Shown piece by piece: positions 45,601 through 58,000 of a stretch of DNA of 64,000 bases. The notes beneath the pieces were generated by a model. The model was not told the origin of the DNA, did no database searches, and saw only the letters and a list, made by a program, of their open reading frames with translations. This stretch comes from Macrostomum hystrix (Eukaryota > Animalia > Platyhelminthes): NCBI GenBank assembly GCA_950097015.1, contig CATNEN010000038.1, forward strand, positions 21,328,001 to 21,392,000, written 5' to 3'. A program made the translations under genes and the position numbers. Numbering within the stretch: position 1 is the first letter of the stretch; each line of letters starts with the position of its first letter.

Positions 45601-48345
45601 TCGCCCTTAGTTCTCTCACTCTCGCCCTTACTTCTCCCACTCTCGCCCTTAGTTCTCTCACTCTCGCCCTTAGTTCTTTTCTCTCGCCCTTAGTTCTTCT
45701 CTCTCGCTGTTAGTTCTTCTCTCTCGCTGTTAGTTCTTCTCTCTCGCTGTTGGAAACGCCACTCTCGTCGTTAGTTCTCCCACTCTCGCACTAAGAACAA
45801 CCACTCTCGCCATCTTTCTCCTACTCTCGCCGTTATTTCGCCCACTCTCTCCCAGATAAAAGCCCACTAGGCCACATAAGTTTTGTTAATTTCCCAATAT
45901 TGATGACTCACCTGATAAACAACTCCATCGTCGTCCTCGTCGAATTCTCCGACTGGATCGTCGCCGCCGTGTCCACTACCGCCGGTAGTCGAGTGCTGGC
46001 CATACCGATGCGGCTGCTCGTCATTGGCGTGATGGCCGACTGGGGCGTCCCAGCCGATAGCGGCCGTATAGAAGCCAGGCTCGGCTAACGGCAGGTCTTC
46101 ACGTAGGACCAATTGTCCGCCACTGTCATCAGTGCGACGATCCTGCTGCTGCTGCGGCTTGAATTCTATTTGAACCTGTACAGGAGCAGGCGGCGGCGTA
46201 CGCCAAGATGATTGAACACCGGGAGCCGACACAGCTAGCTGACGTTCCTGACGATGCTGACGATGATACTGCTGCTGTTGCTGTACATAGTACTGATCTC
46301 TGAACTGTCCAATATAAACAGAGGTTGACAATGTTTGCGGCGGCCGGCTAGGACAACCACCGACGTTGGCGCCACCACCGCTGGCAGCGGAGCTACTAGC
46401 CGAGACAGCTTGATCTTTGCGCATGTGAAACACAGAGATTGGCACCAGCTGATGATTACGACGCGAACCACCGACGCCAATTGTCAACTCCCAGGCCTGA
46501 GCAATCGGCGAGTCTAACAGCTGGCGCCAGACGGTGACGCCGGTGTCGGGGTCGACTCGGTAGACGATGCCAGAAGTGACATCGAAGCGTAGACCTTGGC
46601 CAATGGCAGACCTGAGTTTTAAAAATGATGCTTAGTTTTTTAACAGTAGAAGGACAACGAGGGTATTTAAAAAACCAACACTGTATCTCCCATAATATTC
46701 AACCAATCGCAATGAGAATCCAGAACACGGCCTTAAAATTTTCTGAACTTCCAGAAACACAGAACATTGTCATTGTCGAGATATTCAACGATTCTCGTCG
46801 AGGTGGCTTTGCTTACAAACTTTTATTATGTAACTATGTCGGCTTTTATTGCTCATTATATTGGTTATAATAAAGCCAATAAGAGGTTGTAGCCTAGTGG
46901 TTAGGGCGTCGGACTCACGACTTGAAGGTCGGGGGTTCGATTCCCGACTCCACTGGAACAATTTGTGTCCTTTAGCAAGACACTTAACTCTGCATTGCTT
47001 CAGTTCACCCAGCATGGTCTTTATACTATAATATTTCTACTAGAACAAAAATTGCTCCAGCAGAAATGGGAATCGAACCCCCGACCTTCACGTTGTGAGT
47101 CTATTACTCTAAACCTAGGTTCCAAAGCTACAACCCCTAAAGCAACTTGACTGCAATTCTGAACAAAAAGCGCACCTATCATTATTTGCCTCTGCAGTCT
47201 TTTGCTGCTGCTGCTGTTGTTGCTGACGCTGCATTTTGTCGCTGCCGTGATTTGAGCAGAAACGACGGGCCTGAGAGTCGCTGTCGTTTCCGCCCCCGCC
47301 GCCGCCATCTTCCGTGTGATCAGAGCAGGCGTGATAGCTGAGCTCGCATTCTGCCACCTGAAAATTAGTCAAATGAGAGGTAGCTTAAGCTAAAGTAATA
47401 AATAAGCAATCCGAATTTTCCTTCACTTCTCCCCACCATTCACTTTTCCGAAATCTTCCTCGCTTTTAGGCCTATATTTATATTTTCATCGTTAAAGGCT
47501 TTCTTTAATTCCCTCTGCGGTTCTACTTTCTAGAATCTATCGCCACAATTTTCAATTTGTTTTCACAACTTTTTCTCCAAGCTCTTTTTTGTCATACTAT
47601 TTCTTTAGTTACTTGCAGTTATTATGTAGCTCAATCATTTCACCTGAAAGTGCCAGTCCTCTCGACCGCTGCTGTGTACTGCCCTGACTGTGCTAGCCAA
47701 TCGTCTGACAGTAAGCACACCGCCAGCGACACCTTCCTGACGATCGCTGCCACCATCCTCTTCGACTTCGGCTTCGTCGTCGTCCGCGTAACCGTCGTCG
47801 TCCGCTATTCCGTCGTCAAGACGACGCCTATGATTAGTCCTAGCCGACTGGCTAGCCGTTGTAGTTGGCGCTTCCGGTGAGAGATTGTGACAACCGGAAG
47901 CTCCGCATTGATAAATAGGTTTGCCAGTGCGCAATGATATGCCAGTCAATAGTGTCTCCTTGCTGCCGACAACAAATGTGTCCTCGGCTAGACGATAGGA
48001 TGTCGATAGTAGAGTGTCGGCATTCACTGGTAGGGAGTGCAAACTGCCAGAGTCCAGACGGTATAGTGAGCCATCCAGGGCAGGTATAATGCGATAGGCC
48101 TGACCTCCGCTGTCACGATGCTAAGTAAGCCATTAAATTTATTCAGAAATTAAAACTTTTTTATCTTAAAAAACATAAAAATCACAAGTAATATAAATTT
48201 TCTTACCAAAAGCTGGCTGATACTCTGTGACAGTAGTGGCTTTCCAAGATCAAACTGCCACTTTAGTGGACTTGCATTAGCTGATGATGGAGATATAGTG
48301 AAGGCGCTGATCTTACCATCAACAGTGCTGACCAGGACAGTTTTA
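39601..48345 (-). CDS. EIF2AK3: PERK / eIF2-alpha kinase 3; exons 48207-48345, 47644-48120, 47176-47357, 45912-46611, 44713-45251, 43217-43912, 41027-41613, 39601-40217; signal-peptide exon not located
   Basis: Luminal motifs VSTVDGKI and [10 protein letters not shown]; TM helix [16 protein letters not shown]; kinase motifs [23 protein letters not shown], long insert with [38 protein letters not shown]; all junction phases compatible. Confidence 0.93.
40255..40985. repeat. About 44-bp degenerate minisatellite in the last PERK intron
   Basis: Units like GGGTTGATATCAAAGGATTGAAAATCCTCAGGCCCTTAAGTTTCA. Confidence 0.9.
41720..41930 (-). mobile_element. SINE fragments
   Basis: GCCGCAGCTATTGCGCGGCGCAT..CTGTTCAGTCCATGGACTGGG and CACTAGGCTACAAC match the family. 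Confidence 0.65.
42325..43216. repeat. 23-bp minisatellite, sense unit GTGTTCTCATGTCTATTCTCCAG, starting at a PERK 5' splice site
   Basis: About 38 units; the first unit gtatactcatctctattctccag begins at donor 43216. Confidence 0.95.
43919..43949. repeat. Short interstitial telomere-like (TTAGGG)n
   Basis: TTAGGGTTAGAGTTAGGGTTAGGGTTAGGG. Confidence 0.85.
44060..44673. repeat. 20-bp minisatellite, sense unit GTTCATACAGAACCCTTCAG, in a PERK intron
   Basis: About 30 units. Confidence 0.95.
45423..45850. repeat. About 21-bp degenerate minisatellite (CTCTCGCCCTTACTTCTCCCA) in a PERK intron
   Basis: Tandem periodicity. Confidence 0.9.
46883..47013 (+). mobile_element. tRNA-derived SINE with intact head
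   Basis: GAGGTTGTAGCCTAGTGGTTAGGGCGTCGGACTCACGACTTGAAGGTCGGGGGTTCGATTCCCG (A and B boxes) followed by a non-tRNA body. Confidence 0.9.
47054..47137 (-). mobile_element. Diverged SINE head, inverted relative to 46883-47013
   Basis: GGGAATCGAACCCCCGACCTTCA...GCTACAACCCC. Confidence 0.75.
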
Positions 48346-50240
48346 CTAAAATTGAATTGGGATAGGGATAAAGTTAAATGGGATTGTTTTACAACAGTGT
48401 ATAGATATACACTACCTAAAAGTAATTATCCTGCATGAACATTGTGAAGTTTACATAGCAATTTATAATGTGCATGTAAGTTTTTGAGATGTGCAGAATG
48501 GGCAGAATGGAACTGAATATTTATTGAATAAACAAACAAGCTTAACTTTCTTTGGAGAAGCAGACTTAAAAGCAGTTTTCTGCCTCTCTCTGAAATTAAA
48601 AGTTTTCATAAAACACCCAACAGAAATTATTTCAGGTGAGAAAATTTTTTTCAATAAAATAATGTACTGTGCTAATCTTTCAAACAAAAGACATTTTGTT
48701 TTCTGGTAGATTAAAGGTAGCAGACACAAGACTGATTAAAGACTGATAATACACACATGTTTAGGTTTAGTTCTTGACTGCAAGTCTATGCCTGTTATCT
48801 TATTTTTAGCTATAATAATATTTATTTATAATATAACATTTATAATATCCAAGACAGGCCCCTCGGTAGTGCATTTTTACATTTTGTTTTAAATATTATT
48901 ATAAATGTAAAAAAATGTATAAATGGCTTCTGTTACATGTGTATGGTGACATAGCATCCTAACAAAAAGGACAGCTATTAGTCTAGACTAGAGCTAGGTC
49001 TAATGCAACCATTAATCAATGGTTAATTCTGACAGAGCTACTGTTTAAATAAATTATAAAATGTTCATATGTAGGGACTCTAGGACTTCAGCAAAAAAAT
49101 GGAAAAATGAAAAAATATAAAATATAATGCTATGTTCTGATGAAAAAAAAGAACAAATTTTATGTTAAGAAAATAAAGCCTATTATCAATAGAAGGAAGA
49201 TAAAATTTACATTACAACAAGGTTTTATTCGCTACAAGTAGTGTGTAAACAAGAAAGTTATACCATGCCAAAATTTGTTATTTTTTAAGTATTCACTGTG
49301 TGATCGAAATTTAGAAAAAACTACCTTAAGTAGAACTTAAAAAATTTACTAATGCATTAATACTGAAATAAACAAATTAAAAATTAAGAAAGAGTATATA
49401 AAAATCTATATTAACAATTTTTTAGTAAAAGACAGTTTTTTCACTTTGTGAATTTTTTGGTTGACATTTTCTTTTTCTTTTTCGCAATCATTGTTTATCG
49501 TGTTTTCCAAGTGTATCCCATTAAAATTTTACGTAGAATTTTATGAAGAAAATGTTATACTCAAACCTTTTTATTTTCCATAAATGGAATCTCCCAGAAA
49601 TATGTTTCTCTAATGTACCCTCTTTAACACATTTCAGATGGCTTTTGCAATTGACTATAAATAGTAAATTGATGTCTATGTGACATCTAGGCCTATTTGT
49701 TAAGCTATGGAATAGGTATGGCTTTGTCACTTCTTTAAAGCCAAAAGAGTTTATATTGTAAACAAATAAACATGTTTTGTCAGAATACTAATCCTATTTA
49801 ATGTAAAATTGAATTTTAATACTTTAATACTGAATGTTAATAGAATACATATATTCTATAGTGTAGATAATGAAAAAATGAACTATATGCGGTTGGATTT
49901 TTTTAAATCCATTAAAAAATAAGGCAGTTGCTACAAATTGCATGAAATACATACATTAGAGCTCGGTTACTATATACATAAAACGCTACCAATTCAGACT
50001 TAAAATATGCTACCATTAAGAGTTAAAAGCTTCATATTGCATTAAATTATAAGAAAGGTTAATAACCACTTTGATAACAGCAATCGGATATTAAATATTG
50101 TGTGACAATCCTATAACAATTTTGATAATAACATTGGAACAGTAAATATAATATAAAGAAGCACTAGAACAACTTTGGTGATAACAGTAAGATTAAATTA
50201 GCCCTACAACAATTATTAGAATTATTTAAACACATAATTA

Positions 50241-50681
50241 TCAATAGAAAATATAGGGCCTATAGGGCCTATGCCTTTGATAATAGAAAATAATACAAGC
50301 CATAATACAGACATAGCAAAGTGCAACAAACCTCAGATTTTGAAATGACGTTGAACTTTGCTTGTGTTTTTGTGATGGTTTTACTTCTTTTGAAGCAAAA
50401 GTGATAGACCTTTCCTGAATTTTATTATTATTTATTTTGTGAGGACTAACAATCTCTGATTCTTCGTGTTCCTCATCATCAGGAATATCAGCAACAGTCG
50501 CAGGTCCATCACCACTAGAAAAACCAGAATCTTTATCTAGAATATCTGAGTCTTGTTTTAACTTTGTTGAATCGACTTCCAGAAGAGAAAATAAAAGAAA
50601 TGCTAGTAGAAAAAAAGTAGCAAATCTTTTTAAGAGAAAGCAGTGCAACATGACATTAATACACAGTTCCGGAGTTGACAC
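50241..50681 (-). CDS. Small predicted type I membrane protein (signal peptide, acidic Ser-Gly region, C-terminal hydrophobic segment)
   Basis: 146-codon ORF in very AT-rich DNA; FATFFLLAFLLFSLL, DSGFSSGDG..DDEEHEE, FVALCYVCIMACIIFYY. Confidence 0.55.
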   Translation of the reverse strand: MSTPELCINVMLHCFLLKRFATFFLLAFLLFSLLEVDSTKLKQDSDILDKDSGFSSGDGPATVADIPDDEEHEESEIVSPHKINNNKIQERSITFASKEVKPSQKHKQSSTSFQNLRFVALCYVCIMACIIFYYQRHRPYRPYIFY

Positions 50682-52622
50682 ATCAGCATCAGCAACAGTA
50701 TGCCACTGCCAGGAATGAGGTGTTTATTAATTACAACAAAGGCAACTGCAGAAGTCAAACTGACATAGCTATGTATTGCACAGATAATTAGGACTTTTAG
50801 TGCGAAATTTTTACATTATATTAATGTAAACTTTTGCTTTTGCTGAACAGCACAAACTTCTATCACGAAGGCCAAAAGGAAGCCAGAGGTTTATGTTTAG
50901 GCTACACGATTGCAAATCTCGTTTCATGGAATGATATTGACGCCATCCAAAAATACTGGCACATAAATTTTCTAGTCCGGATTTTCTAGATGTAATAAAT
51001 GCAGTTTTCTTAATGATATAAGTCGATCTTTTCTATATAGTGAACAGTACTGCTATATATATGTATTTTTGACTTGTTGTAATGCATCAAATCGCTTTCT
51101 CTGAAAAATAAAGTTCGTTATTTCTTGTCACTGCTTGCCTTGTGTTAGACGTCTGAATCTAGGTAAGTGCTAAGAAAGAAGACGTCTAGTAGATATCACA
51201 GTGCATTAAATAATTTATTTTTTTTCTGCTAATACTTCGTTTTAGTTTATTTAAAATATTTAAGTATGTAACATAATGCACAAGTTCCAGTTGCATGTTT
51301 GGTTCTAATCAGACTTAAAAACTTAATGTCCTTTACAGAACAGATTTAGCCTATTTCAATAATATATTGGGCTTTTACTAGTACATTTTATTACCCTGTG
51401 TTTAGGCAGAATTTTACTTGGAGCGCCATCTACTGAAATCTGGATGATTGGGCATTATTTTTTTATTTGACTCTAACAAAGTTGATGTTGTGTCCATCAA
51501 CCATTGTCCATGCTATGTGGTACCTGCCTACCTGGAAACTTTATCACCCAGATGATAAACTGTCCAGGATCTCAGAGCGTAGCTGACAAGTGACTTCGAA
51601 TTAATGAAAATTTGTGCTTTATATAATTAAAAGTTTTTTAAACTGTTTTCAGTCATTGTTTTTTTTCAATTTTATTCGTTCTTAATTCCTTCGGTTGGGG
51701 CCTATTTTGAGATCTTGTGTTGGCAAATTTTCTCTCAATCCATCATGGCATTCAAATTACAATTACTCTTGTAAATAATTCTGTTTTCACAGACTTAAAC
51801 AAACCCCATCTTCAATGTCAATGGTTGTTACTTGTGGATAAGAAACTAACCAAGCTTTTACTAATAGGCAAGATGAAGTGTTTGATCTTCAAAGTGGATA
51901 ACAAAATTGTAAGATGACCAAGTTGTAAGATGAAAGTTTATAGAATTTTATCAAACACTTTCATTAAAGTGTTTGATTAATCTTTCATTGGCAAAGATTG
52001 TGTTTAAAAAAAACTATAATACCAAATTGGATATTTCTCAAAGGTTGCGATTCTAAAGCAGATGTTTGACAGTTTCCAATCCACATTTGAGGGAAAATGA
52101 AGTTGAAGTTAAGGGAAAACTTTGGCATAAGGAGGTAAAACTAAGTTGCAACTGAGGGAAAACTTAAGTAGCACATTTAAGAATCAACTGTACAAAAAGG
52201 AGAGCAAAACTAACTGCAAATTAGTTTTATCTTTTTGCAACTTAGTTTTGTTTTATGGGTTTAGTTACAACTTGAGTTTTCCAGAATTTCTTTGGTCTAA
52301 TTTTCATATCTCTATCATTTCATTTTTTTCAATTATTCTCAATATTTTTCTTTATAGACTATACTATATTCCTTGTTACTTGCTATTGCTGACCATAGCC
52401 ATTTGATATAAATTCTAGGATCTGGATGATAAAGTGTCTATGATGTGTCTAAGTGTTGTGTCTCAGGCCCTATAATGTGTTTTTGGGATAGGACTTAAGG
52501 GTTCACTTTTTAGTGTTTTCACAGACATGTGACTAGGCCCCTAGTCTTATAGATGTCTTATAGCTGTTGTTAGTTGTAGTTACTATTGTTATTATAGTTA
52601 GTAATAGTTCTATAGCTATTAG

Positions 52623-52819
52623 AGAGGTTGTAGCCTAGTGGTTAGGGCATCGGACTCATGACTTGAAGGTTGGGGGTTCAATTCCCATCTCCACTTAAAC
52701 AATTTGTGTCCTTTAGCAAGACACTTAACTCTGCATTGCTTCAGTTCACCCAGCTGTTAAATGGGTACTAGCATTAGCTGGGATAATTGAAGGTGGGTGT
52801 GGCATCCCCCTAGTCCATG
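52623..52819 (+). mobile_element. tRNA-derived SINE in the cytochrome c 5' UTR intron
   Basis: Same head and body as 46883, plus tail to TAGTCCATG. Confidence 0.9.
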
Positions 52820-53065
52820 TAAACTTTCTATTTATTAACTGGCCTAGCTCTTGGCAACTGCTGCCATAACCGCTACTAGCTATAACATGTTTGCCTAAAG
52901 TGTACCTATCTATCTATTTATCTATCCAACATTGTATAATGACAAGAAACAAACATAAAAACATAAAACAAAAAATAATTAGTTGAATTTTTTTAATATA
53001 TAGCAAATTATATCTTTATTGTCGTAACTGATTCCAGCTATCTTAGCACTCTCATCCAATCAGCA

Positions 53066-53395
53066 ATGGGCGGCATTCCCGAAGGAAACGTTGAGAAGGG
53101 CAAGAAGATTTTTATCCAACGCTGCCTGCAGTGCCACACAGTTGAGAAGGGCGGCGCCCACAAGACCGGCCCGAATCTGAACGGATTATTTGGCCGCAAA
53201 ACCGGACAGGCTCCTGGTTTTTCTTACACTGACGCCAACAAATCTAAGGGCATCACCTGGGGCGAGGACACCCTGTTTGAGTACCTGCTCAATCCTAAGA
53301 AGTACATTCCCGGCACCAAGATGGTGTTCGCGGGTCTCAAGAAGGAGCAGGATCGCGGCGACCTCATCGCCTACCTGAAGGACGCCACTAAGTGA
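53066..53395 (+). CDS. CYCS: Cytochrome c (intronless CDS, 109 aa)
   Basis: CLQCH heme motif, [18 protein letters not shown]; likely 5' UTR intron from donor AG|GTAAGT near 51162 to TTCCAG near 53037. Confidence 0.99.
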   Translation: MGGIPEGNVEKGKKIFIQRCLQCHTVEKGGAHKTGPNLNGLFGRKTGQAPGFSYTDANKSKGITWGEDTLFEYLLNPKKYIPGTKMVFAGLKKEQDRGDLIAYLKDATK

Positions 53396-53984
53396 GCGGC
53401 CCAACCTCGTCTAGCAGCACAAATACACAGTTTAAATTGACGATTAGACATATAATTTTAGTTTCAAAATTAGGTCTAGTTATTAAGCTTTACATCTGAG
53501 AACTTTGAACTCTTTTACTGCGATCTGTTTAATGTGTTTTTAAATGCTGTTTAATTAGTAAATCAGGACAGAAAAATTCTGAAAATTGAATTTTTCGGTA
53601 ATCAATGGGTAACTTATTATTATCACTGCACCAAACTTTCTTAGTAGGTAAAAACTTGTTTTAGTTTCTAACGCGCTAGACTCATAGCACATCCCCTTGC
53701 TTTCTGCTAAGGATCTAACTGTTTTTGCTTAATCGGGTCAGCTACTAGATTGTCGTCATCTTTCTATCTCAATATGAAAAATAAATATTTAAAAGCAAAC
53801 TTGCCTCTAGAAAACCTCGCAACTTTGTCTCCGTCGTGGCGCTAATTTTAACAAGTCCTTTATTAACTTTTGACGGCGCCTGATAAATGACAATAATTAG
53901 TTGATTCTGTGACTTGGATTTTTTCATGTTATGCAGTAATGCACCAAGCTGTATGTTGGAATTATCAAAGAAGTTAATTCTGAT

Positions 53985-54460
53985 AAGCTAATCTAGAGCT
54001 AGATTTTGATTGGCTAGTCTAGAGCTAGATTTTGATTTGCTAATCTGTGTAGCGAGATTCGAAAATTAGCTAATCTGTAGCGAGGTTCTGATTGACTAAT
54101 CGGTAGAAAGATTTTGATTGGCTAATCTGTAGTGAGATTCTGATTGGCTAGTCTGTAGAGAGGTTCTGATTGGCTAATCTGTAGCGAGATTCTGATTAGC
54201 TAGTCTGTAGAAAGATTTTGATTGGCTAATCTGTAGAGAGGTTCTGATTGGCTAATCTGTAGCGAGATTCTGATTAGCTAGTCTGTAGAGAGGTTCTGAT
54301 TGGCTAATCTGTAGAGAGGTTCTGATTGGCTAATCTGTATAGTGAGATTCTGATTGGCTAATCTGTAGCGAGGTTCTGATTGACTAATCTGTAGCGAGAT
54401 TCTGATTGGCTAGTCTGTAGAGAGGTTCTGATTGGCTAATCTGTAGGGAGATTCTGAATC
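53985..54460. repeat. 26-bp minisatellite (GATTCTGATTGGCTAATCTGTAGCGA); related inverted short array at about 55630-55785
   Basis: Tandem periodicity; each unit carries ATTGG (CCAAT). Confidence 0.9.
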
Positions 54461-55078
54461 TGTGTCAGAAACGAAGAAGCACAAGTAAATACTTAATAAT
54501 TTAATGCTTTAATACTGTGCGCATAGCACAAATACAAAAATTTGACAGCACGATTGCTTGGATAAAATACGGCTTTTAAATGGTACAATTCTAAGAAATA
54601 TATTTATAGATTTCCCAGGCTAGTAGCAATGGGTGGCGGTTTAGTTTTTTGGTACAGTATTTTGTTAGAGTCAGTTAAAACAGTAATTAACACAAGACAG
54701 CAAAACAGTTATTCTCAAAGTTGTACTTTATACAGAAATTCTAATTAGAACCTGATGAAAAATTCAGTTCTTGAATAGATCATTAATAGCGGTAACCGCA
54801 AATAGTTTTTGTCCGAATAAAATTCTATGATGCTGAATAAGAAGTTATTAAAAATGTTATTAAATAACTTGCCTATTTTTTTCAATTTGAGCCAGTTCAA
54901 AATTGCCATCCTATGTTTAGCTCAAACGGACCTGTCACGTGACAATCGTTACATCATCATCATCGATCTGCTATGTCGCAATCAGTTAATTGATTAAGAA
55001 AGATTTTTTCTGGGATAATTTTTTTTCACAACATAGAAAATTAGCAGAGAGGAAAATTTGGTCAGCCCTCTGGCAGTT

Positions 55079-58000
55079 CTAGAATTGAAAGGCGAGAATC
55101 ATGTGGCAGAATGTGTCGGCGACAAACATTCGCCGACCGGCCGAGTCGAAGGCGACGCCGTAGATAAACGGCGGCTTGCCGCGAGACCCACCGCCGCCCA
55201 AGCCGAGCCGCAGGCCGGCCAGAAATCCGGCCGGTCCGCTGTCCGAGGAGCTCGAATCGTCGTCGTCGTCATCTTCGTCGTCGTCGTCGTCTTCGCCTTC
55301 GTCGTTGGCGGCCGCAACTGCGGCAGAGGCGACAGCTGCGAGACCACTCTCAGCGCCGTCCGCTGAAGCGGTCGCCGCTGCGGCGGCAGCAGCGAGACGA
55401 CGCGGGTTTCTAGGAATGGTGATCGAGTGCAGCTTGTGAGCCATGGCTGCGTCGAAAATCTGCACCTTCCGCTCGTTAGTCAGGCTGATGAAGAGGTTGC
55501 CGCTGGAGTCGGAGGTCAGACTGAACGGCTTGCCTGAAACAACAGATCGTATGACGGAACCAATTAGATTATAGCCTAAATTTTAGCTTATCAGAATCAA
55601 GCAGTAAATTACATGTAGCTCTACCGAAAAGAGTCAAGCTCTGGATTAGCCAATAAGAATCAATCTTTAGATTAGCCAAAAAGAATCAAGCTCTGGATTA
55701 GCCAATAAGAATCAAGCTCTGGATTAGCCAATAAGAATCAAGCTTTAGATTGGAAAACTTTTCGCCAATCAGAATGAAGTTCTAGATAATTGCGATTGCG
55801 AGTTTTATTAGATAGTCAGATTAATTGGTATTAATTTGTATATCACTTTTTACTCAGCAATAACTAACCATCAAGCGACACCTCGCGCAGCATCGTCCGG
55901 CTCTTCTTATCAAACACGAACGCTTTCGAATGGTCCCGATCGGTGACCACAATACGAGAATCCGTAGCCAGTACCGAGTGCAAATCAGTTGAAAACGATT
56001 CGTGCGTTAGGCTGCCCTGCGGCTCAAGGGTTTCAACGTGAAACATTTGCACCCGCTTATTGTCGCTGTCGACTACGTACAACTCGTCTTTGTGCACGTA
56101 GGCGCTCATTGGCTGACGGAATTGTGTGGGACCATTGCCGCTGCCGCCGAGTTTGCGCACCAGACGGCCGGTTAAGTCGTATTGGCACACCTGGAATTTC
56201 AGGATTACAGCAAAACAGATTAACATCATGAGTTCGATTCTTTCATGAACTTATATCAACATGTCTTGAATTTTTTAATGTCTTTCGATACATATCGGCA
56301 ATATCTTATATTTATTACACAATAGCTAATTTAGTTAAGTTTTATGATAGCTGAAACATTTCATAGTGTTTTTTTATACATTTCGGCTCTAAATTTGTGC
56401 CATTTCATTTTTTTTCAATCCTGCCTTGATGGTTATCGCTTGATGCATTAATGCAATTGGGGAATTGGTGCCTTGCTTCCATTGGACTGAGAATCGAACT
56501 CCGGACCTCTGAATCACAAATTTTAAGCCTTAATCGCTGAGCTACAATACTAAGACCTACTTTTACAGTCTAAGATTCTTTCGATAATAGAAGATCTACG
56601 ATTTCGATATATATCAGCTTTAAATAAAAGTTTAACAAAAATTGTGATGCTAAGAAAATATAATTTTAGATACATATCGGCCGAAATTAAAGAGGGTAAG
56701 AACAGACCTTGCAACGACTGTGATCAACAGTGAAGATGAGCTGTCGCTCGTTGCACACATAAATGGTGCCTGGCAGTCGGCCGTCTTTAATAGTTAGCCT
56801 GACCCGGGCAATTTCGCGCAGATCCTTATCAAACAGGTGCAATCGTTTAGTCTTGAAGCCTTTATAATTCACAATTAGACAGGGCGACGGCAGCGCCTGG
56901 GCGTCGCCGGAATCGCCGGGCTGCATTCGAACCTCGCCATCCGGTGTGTACCAGAGTCCGGCCGTGTTAGTCAGCAGGCCGAAGTCCCAGGGCTCCAGCG
57001 AGCCGGTTCTGTGCAGCCGGACCGGTCTGAGCTCGGCTTGGCCGGCGGCCGGATACGGCCTGACAACCAGATCGACGCCAGCCTGAGCCAATAGGGCGGC
57101 GAAACCGGCCGATAAAGCGTCCGGCTCGCTACGTCGGGATAATTCAAAATCGGCCGACGCCTCGGAATTGGCCGAGCTAGGCAAGGCCAATCTGGCCAGC
57201 AGTTCGGCTGCTCGCGATTCGGCTAGACGCAGCGAGGCCAGAGACTCGTCTGTCAGGCCCGTCGGCGTAGCCGAGGAACTACTACTACTATTATTAGTAG
57301 TAGTAGCGACCGATTGGCTATCAAGGAGGCGGCGAAGTTCAACTGCTCCAGTGCGAGCCAGCGAGTAGCGATCCGCGGCTGCGGCCAGCAGGCGCTCAGC
57401 TTCTACTTTGACCTGGGCAGTGGAAGTTTTATAGTGAAATTGTATAAAAGAAATAGATCTGAGTGCTGGCTTTGGCAGGTAAGTGGCAAGTAGCTACTAA
57501 TTCGCGAGACTGCGAATACCTCAGTATATAATTAGGGACAATTTTAAGTGTCATATAAGATGAGAAATCGTGTCACTTGATGAGATTTAAAGCTAGACAA
57601 TGAGATTTGAAGTCAGAAGATACGATTTGAAGTCAGACGATGAGATTTGAGGTCAGACGATGAGATTTGAAGGCAGACGATGAGATTTGAAATCAGTCAG
57701 TCGATACAGCTACACCAACCTTCTCCAACTCCTTGGTGGCCTCGGCGTGGCGCTCGTTGAGCTGCTGGGCGAGTCGCTCGCGCCAGTGGGCGAGGTCGGC
57801 CTCCGCTTCGGCTAGAAGTCGCCGACGCTGCTCGTCGGCACGTTCGCCGTCCTCGGCCAGCTGGGTGAGCTTCTGGTGAAGAGCTTCGCAGCGTTTGATG
57901 GCGGCGGCGCCAGCGTTGGCAGCGGCTGAGCCTTCGTCGGCGACGCCGGCCTGGTTGGGATCGACGACGCGGCCCAGACAGTCGGCGCAGCGGGCCCGCT

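Noticed and set aside
46883-46955. tRNA gene
   Set aside because: No proper acceptor stem, the anticodon position varies among copies (CAC versus CAT), and it continues into a shared non-tRNA body, so it is a SINE head.
48415-48430. 15-nt PERK microexon (CAG|GATAATTACTTTTAG|GTAGTG)
   Set aside because: Phase fits, but there is no homology or upstream partner exon to support it.
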